Source: Phoronis australis (lineage: Eukaryota; Animalia; Phoronida). Taken from it: a stretch of 64,000 nucleotides of DNA. Position numbers and translations under genes: made by a program. The stretch spans positions 244,724 through 308,723 of the forward strand of contig NMRA01000321.1 of NCBI GenBank assembly GCA_002633005.1, given 5' to 3'. The notes under the pieces are model-generated. The model did no database searches. It saw only the letters and a list, made by a program, of their open reading frames with translations, and was not told where the DNA came from. Positions 51,788 through 64,000 of this stretch are shown piece after piece; position 1 is the stretch's first letter, and every line of letters starts with the position of its first letter.

Positions 51788-52742
51788 CAGTGGCGGATCT
51801 ACAGCAGGATATTACAAGGGGGGCCCAACATTTTGTCCGTAAGCATTTGCGCAAACCACGATTGTAGATGCGCATAGCACCGAATGGGGGGAGGTCGGGG
51901 CAAACCCCCCTCCCGCTCAGGTAATTTTTCTGTTATTTCCTCTAAAAATCAAGCATTTTCCTTGATTATCCAAGAAAAGAGGCAAAAAACACGGAGAACC
52001 TGTCAAACAGTTAAAACGGCAAACACCAAAGACTCGAACTCACGACCTGGCGGATAGAGCGCGCGTGCTTTACCACTGCCTCACCACGATTTAACTCCTA
52101 ATTGGATATTAAGAGACCTACTTGTTTATGGTCCACATCGTTTGCGGGCGAAACCTACTTCTTTTTGTAATGCTTACTACACGTTTTATATTTTGTGCAA
52201 TCGGTTCGTAACAAATTTGTTGTATTTAAAGTAGTCTTCAAATACCCAAACGACCAAATCCGTTTTTCGTGTTGGCAATAATGACGGGATTGCTTTGGAA
52301 ATCGTCTTAAGTTAAGGTTTGACAAAGAGAGAATTATGAGTCACTAAGGATTCGATTAAAATTCACATCTTACCAGCAGCTTCTGTTTTTTCATCGTCAC
52401 TCAGGTTCCATTTTTTTTAATGAAGTAAATTTTCTTCATTGCACAATGGAGCAGACGACGGAAGCGGAGTCGTAGTGCGCAGCGCCACTGCCGGTCGCCT
52501 AGAATATCGCGGAAGAGCATATACTTAGCCATAGTTCCGTTAAGATTGCGCCACGTTCCGAATTTGACACTTGAAACAATTAAAACTGCACACATTTAAA
52601 TCTTGTTTCATCCGTATAATTTTAATTACCGGGGTTAATTAATAAACTCAACATTTGCCTACGCTCTTGGTGTTTTATTTTTTTGCGGCAGCCAAGGGGG
52701 GGGGGGTGCCTGAGCCCCCTGCCTCCCCTAAATCCGCCTATG
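51788..52742 (-). mobile_element. Longer hAT-like non-autonomous element (CAGTGGCGGATCT / AAATCCGCCTATG ends)
   Basis: Termini match the MITE family and the right half is homologous to 12872-13330. No clean TSD. Confidence 0.65.
52031..52085 (-). mobile_element. tRNA-derived (SINE-head-like) fragment
   Basis: Minus strand GGTGAGGCAGTGGTAAAGCACGCGCGCTCTATCCGCCAGGTCGTGAGTTCGAGTC has A-box-like and B-box (GTTCGAGTC) motifs. No intact acceptor stem. Confidence 0.5.
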
Positions 52743-53029
52743 AGGAGAGTGACCATCGATGCCATCAACTGGACAACGTCCTCTCCAAGTCCGGTTGGGC
52801 CCATGAAATGTAAAAGGTTAATTTAACTAGAACATAATTATCCGGACCTCTCTCCGTCAGCCGGGTTCTTAATTTATATCAAAATTAACGGGAACAGGGC
52901 AATAGACCAGTCCAACACCCCTTACCAGAGTGGGCCCCTGGAAAAAGCCAGTGTCTGATAGAATTTGAAAATCGGAATCAATGCTCTTGAACACTTGTAC
53001 ATACCAATTCGTTTTTCTAAGCCTTTTTC

Positions 53030-53100
53030 TGTGCACATGTGTGTTCATGTGTGTACATGCGTGTACATGCGTGTACATGTGTGTACATGTGTACATGTAC
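53030..53100. repeat. Short tandem repeat (GTGTACATGY)n-like
   Basis: Directly visible. Confidence 0.85.
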
Positions 53101-56100
53101 GTTTACGAGGACGTTCTCAAGTTATTTTAGATCATCTACAGCAAAACTCACAAGGCTCCTCCCAAAAATGTCCTTGCTAGCAAGTTCTCTGAAGAGTAAA
53201 TCCAGCACTGATAAATGACAACTGTTCTCTTAAAAATCCCTTCTTCATCATGTTCGCCGAGTTTTTCATTTGCTCAACCGACCCCTGTCCACGGAACATC
53301 ACCTATTATGGTCGCCACGGTTTCACAGTGTCGCAAATTATCGGGGTTCACATTCCGTCTGCCCCTCGCTTCCTACCGCTCTATTGGCAGACATTATCCT
53401 AAGAATTCTTGGCCTTTTAGCCTGACCAGTTCCTGAAACCAGAGATGATTAGCAGTTGTGTGCATGAGCTGTTCACTGCGACTCTGCTAGCAGCTAAAGT
53501 TTACTCATCCTGACTCGGGTTTGGCGAGATGTCCAGCTCAGGTGATATAACATGTCGCATTGCCGCCTACAGCATCTAAATACCCCTCGCATCACACAGG
53601 CTGACCAAATTTTGGCAGTTTAATAATTGATTAAGATATTCAAATACTCTTAACATAACAAAGCTCAGCACGCAGTGGAGCCTCTGTAATCATTATTTTT
53701 CAGTTCTTGGGACATTTGATTTTACAGTAATTATTCTGAATTATAAATCATTTACATGGCAAAATAAATAATATCCACGATTCGAAATGTTCTTTAGTCT
53801 TGTGTGAGTTACGTATACGCCTTTGAGACCATCTGGCACAAAGACACGAATCATGGCCGGCGTACATGTAGCAAGCTATTGCAATGGTCATTTGAGAAAT
53901 AGTGCATCTTTTGGGTTCTTCTTCACCGACTCTTCTCCAAAGTCAAAGCAAAAATGTCGACCCCCTGGTGGCAGAAATCAAGGTCCTTCAAAATCAACTT
54001 ACCTACTCAAAAAGAGCAGTGACCATTTTGTTTCAACCCCTTATTTAGGAAGCAATATAAATCTGAATGTAATTCGTACCCGCATTCTTTTAATGGCTAA
54101 TCCTCGATACATGTGATAATAGTGTTTGCTTAATGAATTATTCATTGAAAGACGATGAAAGCACAGAAAGATTTTAAGAAAAGAGATAAACGCCTTAAAT
54201 TTAGCCAAAATCAAATAAAAAATATGTTTTACACTAAAAAACGGTTAAATGCACCCGTCCGGTTCGTGGACATGTGATCACGGGTGTTGTAAAACATTTC
54301 ATTATAATTCTTATCAAGAAAATATCGCTATAATCAACCCGTGCGGTACGAATACGATGCGTGAATGTAGATGTGAAACGTGTATATATGGTTACTATTA
54401 TGTGTACTAAAAGCTGGAGTCAGGGCCACAGTTGCTACTCGGTGGAAGTGTTTATGTTATTGCAGTCCAAAATAGGAAGCTTTACAATAAAGGCTGATAT
54501 GGCTCTCTTTAGTGGGTACTAGGCTTTTGCAAACTAGTACGTGTACAATGATATCGTGATGTCGCAAAAGCACGTGCTGTTTGTTTTCATAAATTAGTAG
54601 GACGTATTGGAAATTAGGAGCAAAAGCAGAATGTACCTTTAAGTAGGCTTACCAGGATTCTTAAAAATTGAACTTGTCGCTCAGATACGCGGATTATTGT
54701 AATGTCTGAATCTATAAACCGTCTATAATGGATGCGTGCTTACATATTTTTGAGGGTGTTAAAAAGTCCGACCATCGATTTTCAATTTTAATTCAGGAAG
54801 TGTTCGTTTTGTAATTCATATTTGACATTACAGGGACAAACTTTTGGAGGTTCCCTACAAATAGACTGAGTCCTTTTTAATTGCAGATACATGTATGTTT
54901 TTATGGTGCTAACTCTCAAACATCGGCAAAAATAATGGAACTTTCGGAGTACACTAAGCACCCCATCGAAGCGGTAACAGGTGGGCTTTGGCCTCAAACC
55001 TAATCACGCATGCTCGGGTATTGTCACGTTTGCACCACTTCCGCAAAAAGCTTACACATTTGAAGATTACGTTGCACAATGACGTGTGTTGTCTTTTCCT
55101 TCGTAAATGTTGGCTACACTGCTACATGTACCTTTAAGGCATTGAGTGATCACGACTCCGGAAAACAATTTACGAGAAAGCGACATTGAAGCCCTGTCCT
55201 TTGAAAGAAACCATCACGGTTTGATTTAAATACTCACCGCTATTGAATTGGTATCTGAGTGCTCCTTTCTCAGAAGAGACCATCGAGACCATGCTTGGCT
55301 CATAATACGGCACGCTGTGACTGGTTAATTCGTTCTGAGAGCGTGGTCGCAGGCTATACCGAACTGCTAGGTCTTGTCAAGCTAAGACATCTCTATTTTG
55401 CCTAAAAATAATTTGAGACCAATTTCAAAGAAGTGATACTCAATTTTTTTGACGAAGGGTGGGTTTATTAGCACTTTCAATACTGCAGGTGGCCGCTTGA
55501 GGGAGTTACTGATATGAATTTCAAATGTCATTTTTCATCAATTGATATCAAAACCGTGCGCACAATCTTGGCAATCACGGAATCAGAAAATAACTTGACT
55601 CAAATCATGTGACTGATTATCACGACTGAAAATTTTGGCTAATCGAAAATCCAGTCTATAATATCGGTTGATTATACGACACAAAACGCGAAATTTTTCT
55701 CAAATCGGATTTTAGGCGAAATCGCTTGTCACTAAATCTCTACAAAACAAATAATCAGGTGCAGTGACAATAGGACTTTGTTTGTGTGAGTCACGAGGCA
55801 GAGTTATCACTGCACTTTGTTCGCACATATATATCCGTTGAACGTGTCAAGATAAATCTTATTTCCTGGATGACCATGTCTTAACAGTCATCGATTTTGA
55901 CAACAGGCTCCTCGTGCCAATCTAGCAGGAAACAGTAACTGGTAGTCAGTAAGTTGTATGTTGGCTTGCGCTCAACAACTTCGTTCTCAGAATTATGTGC
56001 CATTCTTAGATGGACCGCCATGATGTTAATGACTACTACGCAGGGGCACGACGGGAACTAAATCGTTTTATAAAATAACGTGGTTATTGGTCAATTGACC

Positions 56101-57989
56101 AAGAGAACTTCAAATTTACTGGTCCATTTGGAGGATTTATGGGCCACGATAGTGTTTTCTGTACTTTCCAATTATTTTTTGACAGAGGGTGGTGGGCGGC
56201 GCTCTAACTTGCGCGCTTTCACCCGAGTACGTAATTGGTGTAAACGGCTACTTTTTTGATCAAATGCAATGCGTACAGGTGTATTAGGCCTATCCAATAC
56301 AAAATGATGCCGCGGTTGCGACCCAAGCCCGCTTACTAAGAATGCCAATAAAATGGTGACGTGACAATGACGAAGGACGCACTATTGAAATTATCTCCGA
56401 TCGCATCGCTTGAGGGGTATCGCTTGGAGTGTGATACATGGGTTAAGAACACAAATCAGTGTTAGCAATATCACTATCATCGGTGTTTGCCCCAACGCTT
56501 TTTACGTCCAGCAATTGCAACTGTGGTCTTTTTACATGCAGTGCTAAAATGCTTCGTTTTTTGCGTAATGTTTTTTTTTCATTCATTCCCTGACAAGTAC
56601 GTTGTTATAGCGTGTTTTAAGGTCTTGTTCATATGAAATATATTGGTCTTCTCAATGGCTGAGCTGATGTGAGATTTTGTCTCTAATATAATTTACTACT
56701 TTTAAAACTATATGTTCAAAAATTGACATTTTGATGCATTATTTTCGTCCTGTTTTTGGAGATATTGACTAAAACGAATCGACTGATTATGAGATTATAG
56801 TGTAAAAGTAGCCTGCTATCTGTAATACTCATAGGCCACTAATCCCATTTCTATTACTGTAACTCGAGACAAACTGTAGGGCTGACTCTTCTGTCCGGTA
56901 TTCAACATTTACCTGTATTTTATCCATAACTCAGTAGCTGCAATAACACGCTGAATGGCCGGGTTGCCTATTTTTGTGATTAAAGCGAGATATCTTGAGA
57001 CCAATGTAAAATCACACTGGTGAAAGGCGAATATTTCGCGATAAAGTTCGAGATCTTAGTCAGGCGTACAAGATACATAGCAAGGAAGTTTCTTTCCCCA
57101 TATTCCCAGATATTTGCTATAAATAAGGGCACTGTACAGTTTCCAGTGAGTTTTAGTTGGAAATGCAGAATGGTCAAAAAGTGTATAAATAAAAGGAACG
57201 TTAACGCCCTATTTCACCTCAAAAATAACACAGAAACTACCCATCTCTACTTCAGCCCAAAATTATATTATCATTTCTCTGCCAATAAACATATTTCAAT
57301 CAGCGGTAAACTGCAGTCTAGTCAAATACTATACGAGGCCGCCATTTCCAACGACGAATTGTAAATCTGTGGTGAAATTGATGAATCATGCTCATTCATA
57401 GAGTGCGTGTTGAAAAAACACGAGGAAACCAATTTGAAAAATATATACTACCTGTACAAAGTCAAGAATTTGCATTTTCTTGGATGTACAAACTGGCTGC
57501 GGCTGACCTCTAACTGAGCAGTGGTACCTTAGGGATGTGTTCGTTTGTAGCGGTTTTCTCGTATATTATCGATATATGCGAATGGTAGTTGTTGAAAATT
57601 GTCCATTTACAGGGCCGTTGGAAGTGGGGGCAACGGTCCCAATAATTTACTGGCGTCAGGATTAAACCGTGGCAATACTGGCATAGGTGGGGTCCTGGGG
57701 GCAAGCGTGAAGAGAAAGACAGCAAAACATGGAGAACAGGGAAATTTAAGAGAACACTCAACAACCAGTGCTTAATTGGGCATTTTAAGAACCTGGCCAG
57801 GGTATTGTTGTTAGGGGGACAAATTTGCAGGCTAGATTATCTAAACGCATTGGAAAATGGGCACTTGATCATTCTTACGCGTACTTCGAAAAAATCGAAA
57901 AAATGCAAAGCACAGCTTTTCTAGAGCATATTTAGCACATTAGCGATCAGCTCATTTAGTTGACTTTTCTTCTTTCAGCCTGGTACAAA

Positions 57990-58544
57990 ATGGCAAATGC
58001 TTTTCCGGATTCTACTGCGGAAGCTGGAATGATGGACGATTACGTTTCAAGAAACAATTCCAAGCTTGAAAATGCTAGTGACTCGGGTCAACGCAGTGGT
58101 CTTACTAACTGTACAGCATCAAGCGAACAACCTCAAGTGACCAATCAGCAGAAAGAAAAACAGCTGGTTGTAGACCAGGAGTCAAAAGTCGACGCAGAGT
58201 TGCGCGCGAAAGCTTCCGAGGAGCAACGCCCGGCTGTTGTGTGGACAGTAATGAAATGGGTGGCCACTTTGCTTATCATGCTAGTGGTTCTTGGCTGCAT
58301 AGCAGCTAACAAGATCACTGCAATAAGCCTGTCTCAGAACTTAGGACATTACCGGCTTTTAAACGATAGCGGGAAAGACCCACATCCGAAGGGATGCTCA
58401 CCTCACGATGAGAATGCGTCGTCGATATTCATTATGATTGTCTTGTCATTGATGATTCCTCAAGCTTTCACATTTGCTGTAGCAGTTTGGAGAGGATCCT
58501 TCCGTTCAGACAGACCTTGGCCGTCAAACAAGGCCTTAGCTGCG
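57990..58544 (+). CDS. chs: Chitin synthase, first coding exon
   Basis: Acceptor ttttcttctttcAG at 57978, ATG 57990, TM segments, donor GCG|GTAAGA (phase 0) in frame with the downstream CHS exons. Confidence 0.85.
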
Positions 58545-59155
58545 GTAAGATAAACTACTATTTGACGGCTGTTTGATGAAAATAAGTATAGATTTATTCA
58601 AGGAGTGCAATCTTCATTCCTATTAGGCAACAAAAACAACACTAATAGTCGTCAGGTTGTGCAGGCTGACTTCAAAACTGTTATGTTTGTAGCTCGAAGG
58701 CGAAATATAATTTTCCGAACTGTATCGATGGGGCTTACGTCCTCGTCTTCATACTAGTTTTCGGAATCGTGCTTGCTTGTTGTAACAGCTAGCATTCTTC
58801 CACCACTTGCGGCACTGACACGTCATTACTGCAATGACGTCATTTTGTCAAGGGCCTTTTCATTTCATGCACCATAGTTCTTCCTGTAAAACAATTTCCT
58901 CATGATTCACAGCTCTTTTGTGAGGAACGCACTTCTTTTCCCAGGAGTATTAAGCGCGGTTTACTGTGTTTAGGACGAGGTTTAAGTCACATTGAATGTA
59001 CCCATCCGTGTGGTATTGGATTAAGCATGCTTTATATTCACTCGGCAGCATACGTGTATAGAACGATTTGTATACAACTTGCACATGAGCCGCGTTTTGA
59101 GACAGGACACCGGAAGTGTTTCTTTTTATATTCAACTCCTCTCTCTTACTTTCAG

Positions 59156-60145
59156 GGTTTTCTCGCTTCTTTGTTGGAAGTGGCTGGTCTTACGTTATTC
59201 GCATTGGAAGTCATGTCTTGGACAGAACCACACATATCTGTAATTCTTGTGAACGGAGTGTTCCTGGTACCGATTTTAAGTCAATTTAAGGTCTGCTGCA
59301 AGGGCAGAATGGAGGTTTCAGCAGCAAAGTTTTTTGTAGTAGCTCTAGCATTAGCCCTGTTGCTTGAAGTTGCGGGTCTCATAGTCGCATTCATCTATGG
59401 GGATACGTATTACAGAAACAAACCGAATGAAGCATATAAAATTTGGGAGATTGCAGTTTCCTTGTTATGTGTTTCTATTGCATGGTCACCGTGGCTTCAA
59501 GAAATGCAAGTTAAACCAAGGAAACTTTCGAGAAGTGATGCTCGTTCGGTCATTCGCTGTCGTGCAAGATCCATCATCAAGAGCGCAGGCCTCCAAGACG
59601 ACCAGCCCGTCGAGATCCAAGAAGAACATGCACAAGACTTCGCGCAAGAAGAGGCGAGCAAAGATCCAACCAAAAGTGCCAGATGGAAGCAAACAATATT
59701 AACTAGCTTTTGGAAACTTTTGCTTACCCCTTGTTTCAGTCTCCTGTTTGCGTACGCACTGAATATCTACTACATCAAAAAACTTGGCTGTGGCTTTAAA
59801 GATCTAAACACGAGTCACGCTATGTTCATCCCGTTTATGATCAATATATTCTTAACTTTCAGTGGTTACTGGCTTGCTATCATTGGCTGCGCTATGTGTA
59901 TGCAATTGGCAACCTTCGCGGCGCCGTTGATATTGGCCACGCCACTAACAACGACTCTTGTGTTGGTTAACGAAACATGCCATAAACTGTGCCATACCTG
60001 TGACTGCGTTAAGTTAGAAAACAACATAATGGACGAGACGCCGTGGTTTTTCGTCGTTTTGGTATGCCTTTACTTGGCGCAACTTCTCTCGACTGGTTAC
60101 TTCGTACTACGAAGTCAAACCGTAGTCATGCATCCGGAATCAAAG
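59156..60145 (+). CDS. chs: Chitin synthase, coding exon 2 (N-terminal multi-TM domain A)
   Basis: ctctcttactttcAG|GGT...AAG|GTGAGA. Motifs SIAWSPW, FWKLLLTP, GCAMCMQLATFAAPLILATP are typical of metazoan CHS domain A. Confidence 0.92.
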
Positions 60146-60715
60146 GTGAGACAATCGACACACGGCGATAGAAACAAAAAGCTGCATTGCGAAGTAGGTC
60201 CTTTGTTTAATTTGGATAGCCGACAGACGGAATCAATTGAAATCGCGAACGAATCGCACAGTACCTCTAATATGTGAATGTGTAGATATTACTTGTCTGC
60301 GATTTGGAACTGCGTATGGGAATAAAAATGCATTGTCGCATCGCATTTTCAAAAAAGTGCACAACTCGAATTTCCCCATTCTTTCTTTTTTCGGTTTTAA
60401 TAGATTATAAAATTGAAGTACCGGTAGAAAGTGCGTTAAACAGACAAATGAATCGTGAGTTGTGACAGTTGTCACTATTTCAGGGTTTATTTCATTTGCA
60501 TCGCTTAGAGAGCCAAATGAAATAAAAAGCAAAGCAGAAGTTGCCATGTCATGTGCTTTTGGTGAATGTATAGAATTTGATTCTTGCAAGTATCTCACTT
60601 CACTGCTCTGTCAAGTGTTCCTAAGCTAAAGGGAACTGATTTGAACGAATTTCTTGTGTCTGGTTTTCTTCAACGCTCTTGCATTTTCATATCATTTTAA
60701 TTTTCTTTTGCTAAG

Positions 60716-60865
60716 CTGTTTTGGTTACCTGGTTACTGTGGCCTACTTCTGGAGCAACTACTTCTTCTTGGAAGGAAAACTAAGCAAACAGACGAGCATA
60801 ATGAGGAGATCATAAACAGAGTAGGCCGCACTCGAGTCTACATTTGTACAACTATGTACAGAGAG
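60716..60865 (+). CDS. chs: Chitin synthase, coding exon 3
   Basis: ttttcttttgctAAG acceptor. Reads LFWLPGYCGLLLEQLLLLGRK...RVYICTTMYRE. Donor GAG|GTAACC. Not in the ORF track. Confidence 0.92.
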
Positions 60866-61098
60866 GTAACCGGTTTAAATATAACCGCCTGTGTGTTGGT
60901 GCACGGGGAAGATTAAAAAGCCTGTTTCCTAATACGTGTTGCACCGTTCTAAAAGTACATAAAAAAGCGTGTGCCTTTGAACCACGGCGTCCAAACGTGT
61001 GTCTACACCAAAATGAAAGGTAACCCGTCACTTGTCTGCAATTTGATGGAAGAGTTCTCGCCAAGGGTAAAACGGTCAAAATTATCTGCATACAGTTT

Positions 61099-61252
61099 CA
61101 TGGGCGGCTCACCATACGGAGATGGGGGTGGGCTATAGCCCCCCATTTTTTTCATTGCTACGCTAGCGCATGGTCTATAGGCAGTGCACCAGAGGGAGGC
61201 TGGGAGGGCTTTAGCCCCCCCCCCCACTTTTTTCAGTGTTGCTCCGCCCATG
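61099..61252. mobile_element. hAT-like MITE in chs intron, TSD AGTTT
   Basis: AGTTT|CATGGGCGGCTC ... GCTCCGCCCATG|AGTTT. Confidence 0.8.
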
Positions 61253-61809
61253 AGTTTGCCTGTTTGTTTTTCCGAGTTAGTCTGAAGTAATCTCCAACCT
61301 CAAAGTTGAGTCTGCGAAGACATCCAGGGTGTTCCCAAAACATCATATATAAAAATTTCCAATCATACCACTGGTAATCCTTTAGTTTTCATAACATGCC
61401 ATTTCTTTAACATCAGTTCACTTTATCTGCTATGCCATTGCCAGCCTGTTCGAGTTTCGACACATTTTGGCAATTTCAAACATCAACTTTTCTTCAACGT
61501 GCCTTGCAGGGCCTACCCATGCATGTTCTAGGGCCGAGACATCTGTTCTTCATATGTTTCATAGTCTTTGAAAACTGAGATATCATCCTTCTCAATGAAA
61601 TCAGAGAAGACATTTTTGTTCAACTTTGTATTTAGTCTTTTGAAGTTTAACCTTTCATCATCAAATCAAAAATGAAGCGATTCACAAACATTGTAGTCGT
61701 CACTCGAAGGCACACATTTTGTTCAATCTACTTTGAATCATCATACATTGAGGGTTCAGAGAAAAATTATGAAGTCGCATATCACCACATTACAGATGGC
61801 TTTTTTCAG

Positions 61810-61978
61810 AATGAAGAAGAAATGGAACAACTCTTACGCTCTCTGGCGACAATAAACAAAGCTCAACTTGACAGCAAAACCCACTTCGAGTCTCACGTGT
61901 TTTTCGACGGCGCTGTGCGTGAAACGAAACTGACTGATTTCGTATTACAGTTGGTCGCGCTCGTCGAGAGAACCTTGG
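61810..61978 (+). CDS. chs: Chitin synthase, coding exon 4
   Basis: ttttttcAG acceptor. Reads NEEEMEQLLRSL...FESHVFFDGAV...FVLQLVALVERTL. Donor G|GTGGGT (phase 1). Confidence 0.92.
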
Positions 61979-62472
61979 GTGGGTATTATTAAGTGCATTT
62001 AAACGTTACTGTATGTTGGATTTCAAGCATTTCAAAAAAAGTGCTTGACTGCAATGTTTTTTTAAAGAAGTAAACAACCCCAAATCAATTTTAAATGGAT
62101 TAGCATTATTTTGCCCCCTTTTCATCCTTTGTTACCAGCGTAAGTTTTTAGACGCCAAAGGATATCGATGACACTAGTAATGTTTTGAAAAGAAATCTAT
62201 CAAAACCCCCGAGAAAAAAGCACGCCTTTGTAGACCTAGTTTGCATGATCTTAAAGATAGTCACCACCTTGTAACTACAGTGTACATAGAGTGTGGTGAC
62301 CTGGCCTCACATCTTGTTTTTGTTTTGCTTATGCATCATCGCATTTTGTATACAACAGCCTCTTGTCGACGTAGCCGATATAAACACCTTACATATTTAT
62401 GAACTACAAATAGATTCTCTCCTGCTTTGCAGATTTCAACCATCTTTTTAGTGCTTTGCATGTATTCTTTAG

Positions 62473-62591
62473 ACGTGAAAACCGAAGAGTGCACGAAAGT
62501 GCTGACACCGTACGGCATGAGGCTGAGCTGGAGACTACCTCCGAATGACAAAGCAATGCTTTTCAATATACATCTAAAGGACAATGTCAAG
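62473..62591 (+). CDS. chs: Chitin synthase, coding exon 5 (gene continues beyond window)
   Basis: gtattctttAG acceptor. Reads DVKTEECTKVLTPYGMRLSWRLPPNDKAMLFNIHLKDNVK, the conserved TPYGxRLxWxLP...HLKD just before KKRWSQ. Donor AAG|GTACAA. Confidence 0.92.
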
Positions 62592-62942
62592 GTACAACGA
62601 TGATTTACTAGATACGTGTTCTCCATAACTAGGATAGAAGTTTAAAGAGGTTCGCAGATTTGAATGCGAAACTTTTTTCCGTCCGACCAATGAGATAAAT
62701 GATCATTTTATGAAGACCAATTTGCGGTGTTCTAAGCCTCCTCTAAATAACATACAAGTTAATACCCAAAGTGTACCGCCTGGAAATTACAGGATGCTTG
62801 CAACCAAATTTCTTTCCTGGCACAAAACGAGAATGCCGTTAATTCGAACTTTTTATAAGATGTTCTCAAAATCATAGAAGAACATTTTCTAGCGCATAGA
62901 GACGTAATTAACTATCAAAGCTGTGGGGCGTTTGCTGTAGCA

Positions 62943-63156
62943 CATGTTGTCGCACTGGGCACATAATGTCCGACAGGCTACAATATATTGTTGCACTGGA
63001 CACATGCTGTCCCACAGGCGACAATATGTTGTGGCACTGGACACATGATGTCCCACATGCGACAATATATTGTCACACTGGGCACATGATGTCCCACAGG
63101 CGGCAATACATGTATGTTGATCCACTGGACACATGATGTCCAACAGGCGACAATAT
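62943..63156. repeat. 41-bp minisatellite, ~5 copies, in chs intron
   Basis: Unit CACATGATGTCCCACAGGCGACAATATGTTGTGGCACTGGA starting at 62960, 63001, 63042, 63083, 63130. Confidence 0.92.
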
Positions 63157-64000
63157 CTCTCGAATACCCCAATATTTGTCGTCAACATCGATTCGTTTTA
63201 TCACCCGGTTATTACGGTTAGCAAAGTGTATGCTGGACCGTAATCTTTGTCTCGGAATGATGCCAGTAGCAGGCCTCTTATGTCCACACACGGGTCATTA
63301 AATTGCGAGAAAGTGAACATCATCAACTTCTCATCATATTATAAGTCTTAACAAAGACACTTCAAAAGTTGACAAAAAGGAAATCACTAATCCAAACTAT
63401 TAGAATGTTTTGAATTTCTTAATTAAATGCAACCACTTTGTAGGTAGAACCTCTGTGTTAACTGAGTTTCCTCTCTGAAGATTTTTTTTTCCTCTCTGAA
63501 GATTAGTTTACTTAAAGTGGGAATAAAATCATTCCCATGCGAAGCTAAGGTTATCTCAAACATTATTCACAAAAAATGTAATTTTTTACCATATTTCACG
63601 TGTCTAGCCAAATACTTTATCTTCTTTCTCGGGGAACTTCAAATACAAAATATACACCGTGTAGCGAGAAATAAAAAAGATTTAGCAGAACCACGTTGGA
63701 ACCGCACAACAGCGTGGATATTTGTTTACTACTTATCTGAGGCTGTCTGTCAAATCGAATCAGGCTCCCGCCAGGTACAGAGCAGCTTCATATGTACCCT
63801 AGCTCAGTCCTTTCATTCACCGAGCCGCCACAATGTTGAGTCAACGAACCACACTTATGAAAGAACCACGCCGGGAAAACAAGGACAAAATGAAGTTTTG
63901 ATCTTTAGGGAGTTTCTGCATTCATGCGATCGTTGAGAACGAATGCTAAGAGTCGTCTCACGTCTCTGTGGTCATGAACATAGCTTTGAAAAGAGATAAA

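Noticed and set aside
62943-63156. Regularly spaced repeats resembling a CRISPR array
   Set aside because: The whole 41-bp unit repeats with no unique spacers, it lies in a eukaryotic intron, and there are no cas genes.
63517-63936. 139-aa ORF with RNKK...RW resembling the CHS KKRWSQ exon
   Set aside because: Motif not conserved and no suitable acceptor. The real exon probably lies beyond the window.

Overview
Eukaryotic, AT-rich, intron-containing draft assembly (N gaps at 28786-29206 and 34953-35679, single N at 3230), most consistent with a marine invertebrate (inference: spiralian-like). Three host genes can be supported, all on the + strand. (1) A complete spliced BTB/POZ + NPH3-like gene (6491-9445, 544 aa) resembling the plant NPH3/RPT2-like (NRL) family. 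(2) A candidate ~200-aa four-helix cytokine-like gene (exons 34215-34342, 37975-38112, 38313-38648) with an in-frame TGA. (3) The 5' half of a chitin synthase (57990 to beyond the window end). Most of the rest is DNA-transposon debris: a Kolobok element with THAP and KolX-like ORFs flanking a gap, a decayed Academ element, a ~3 kb non-autonomous TIR element present twice in inverted orientation, many hAT-like MITEs with 5-bp TSDs (some nested), pogo/Tc1-like MITEs, a LINE RT fragment, and micro/minisatellites. TACATGTA is strongly over-represented and looks like a Tc1/mariner excision footprint. All family assignments come from motif recognition by eye; no searches were run.
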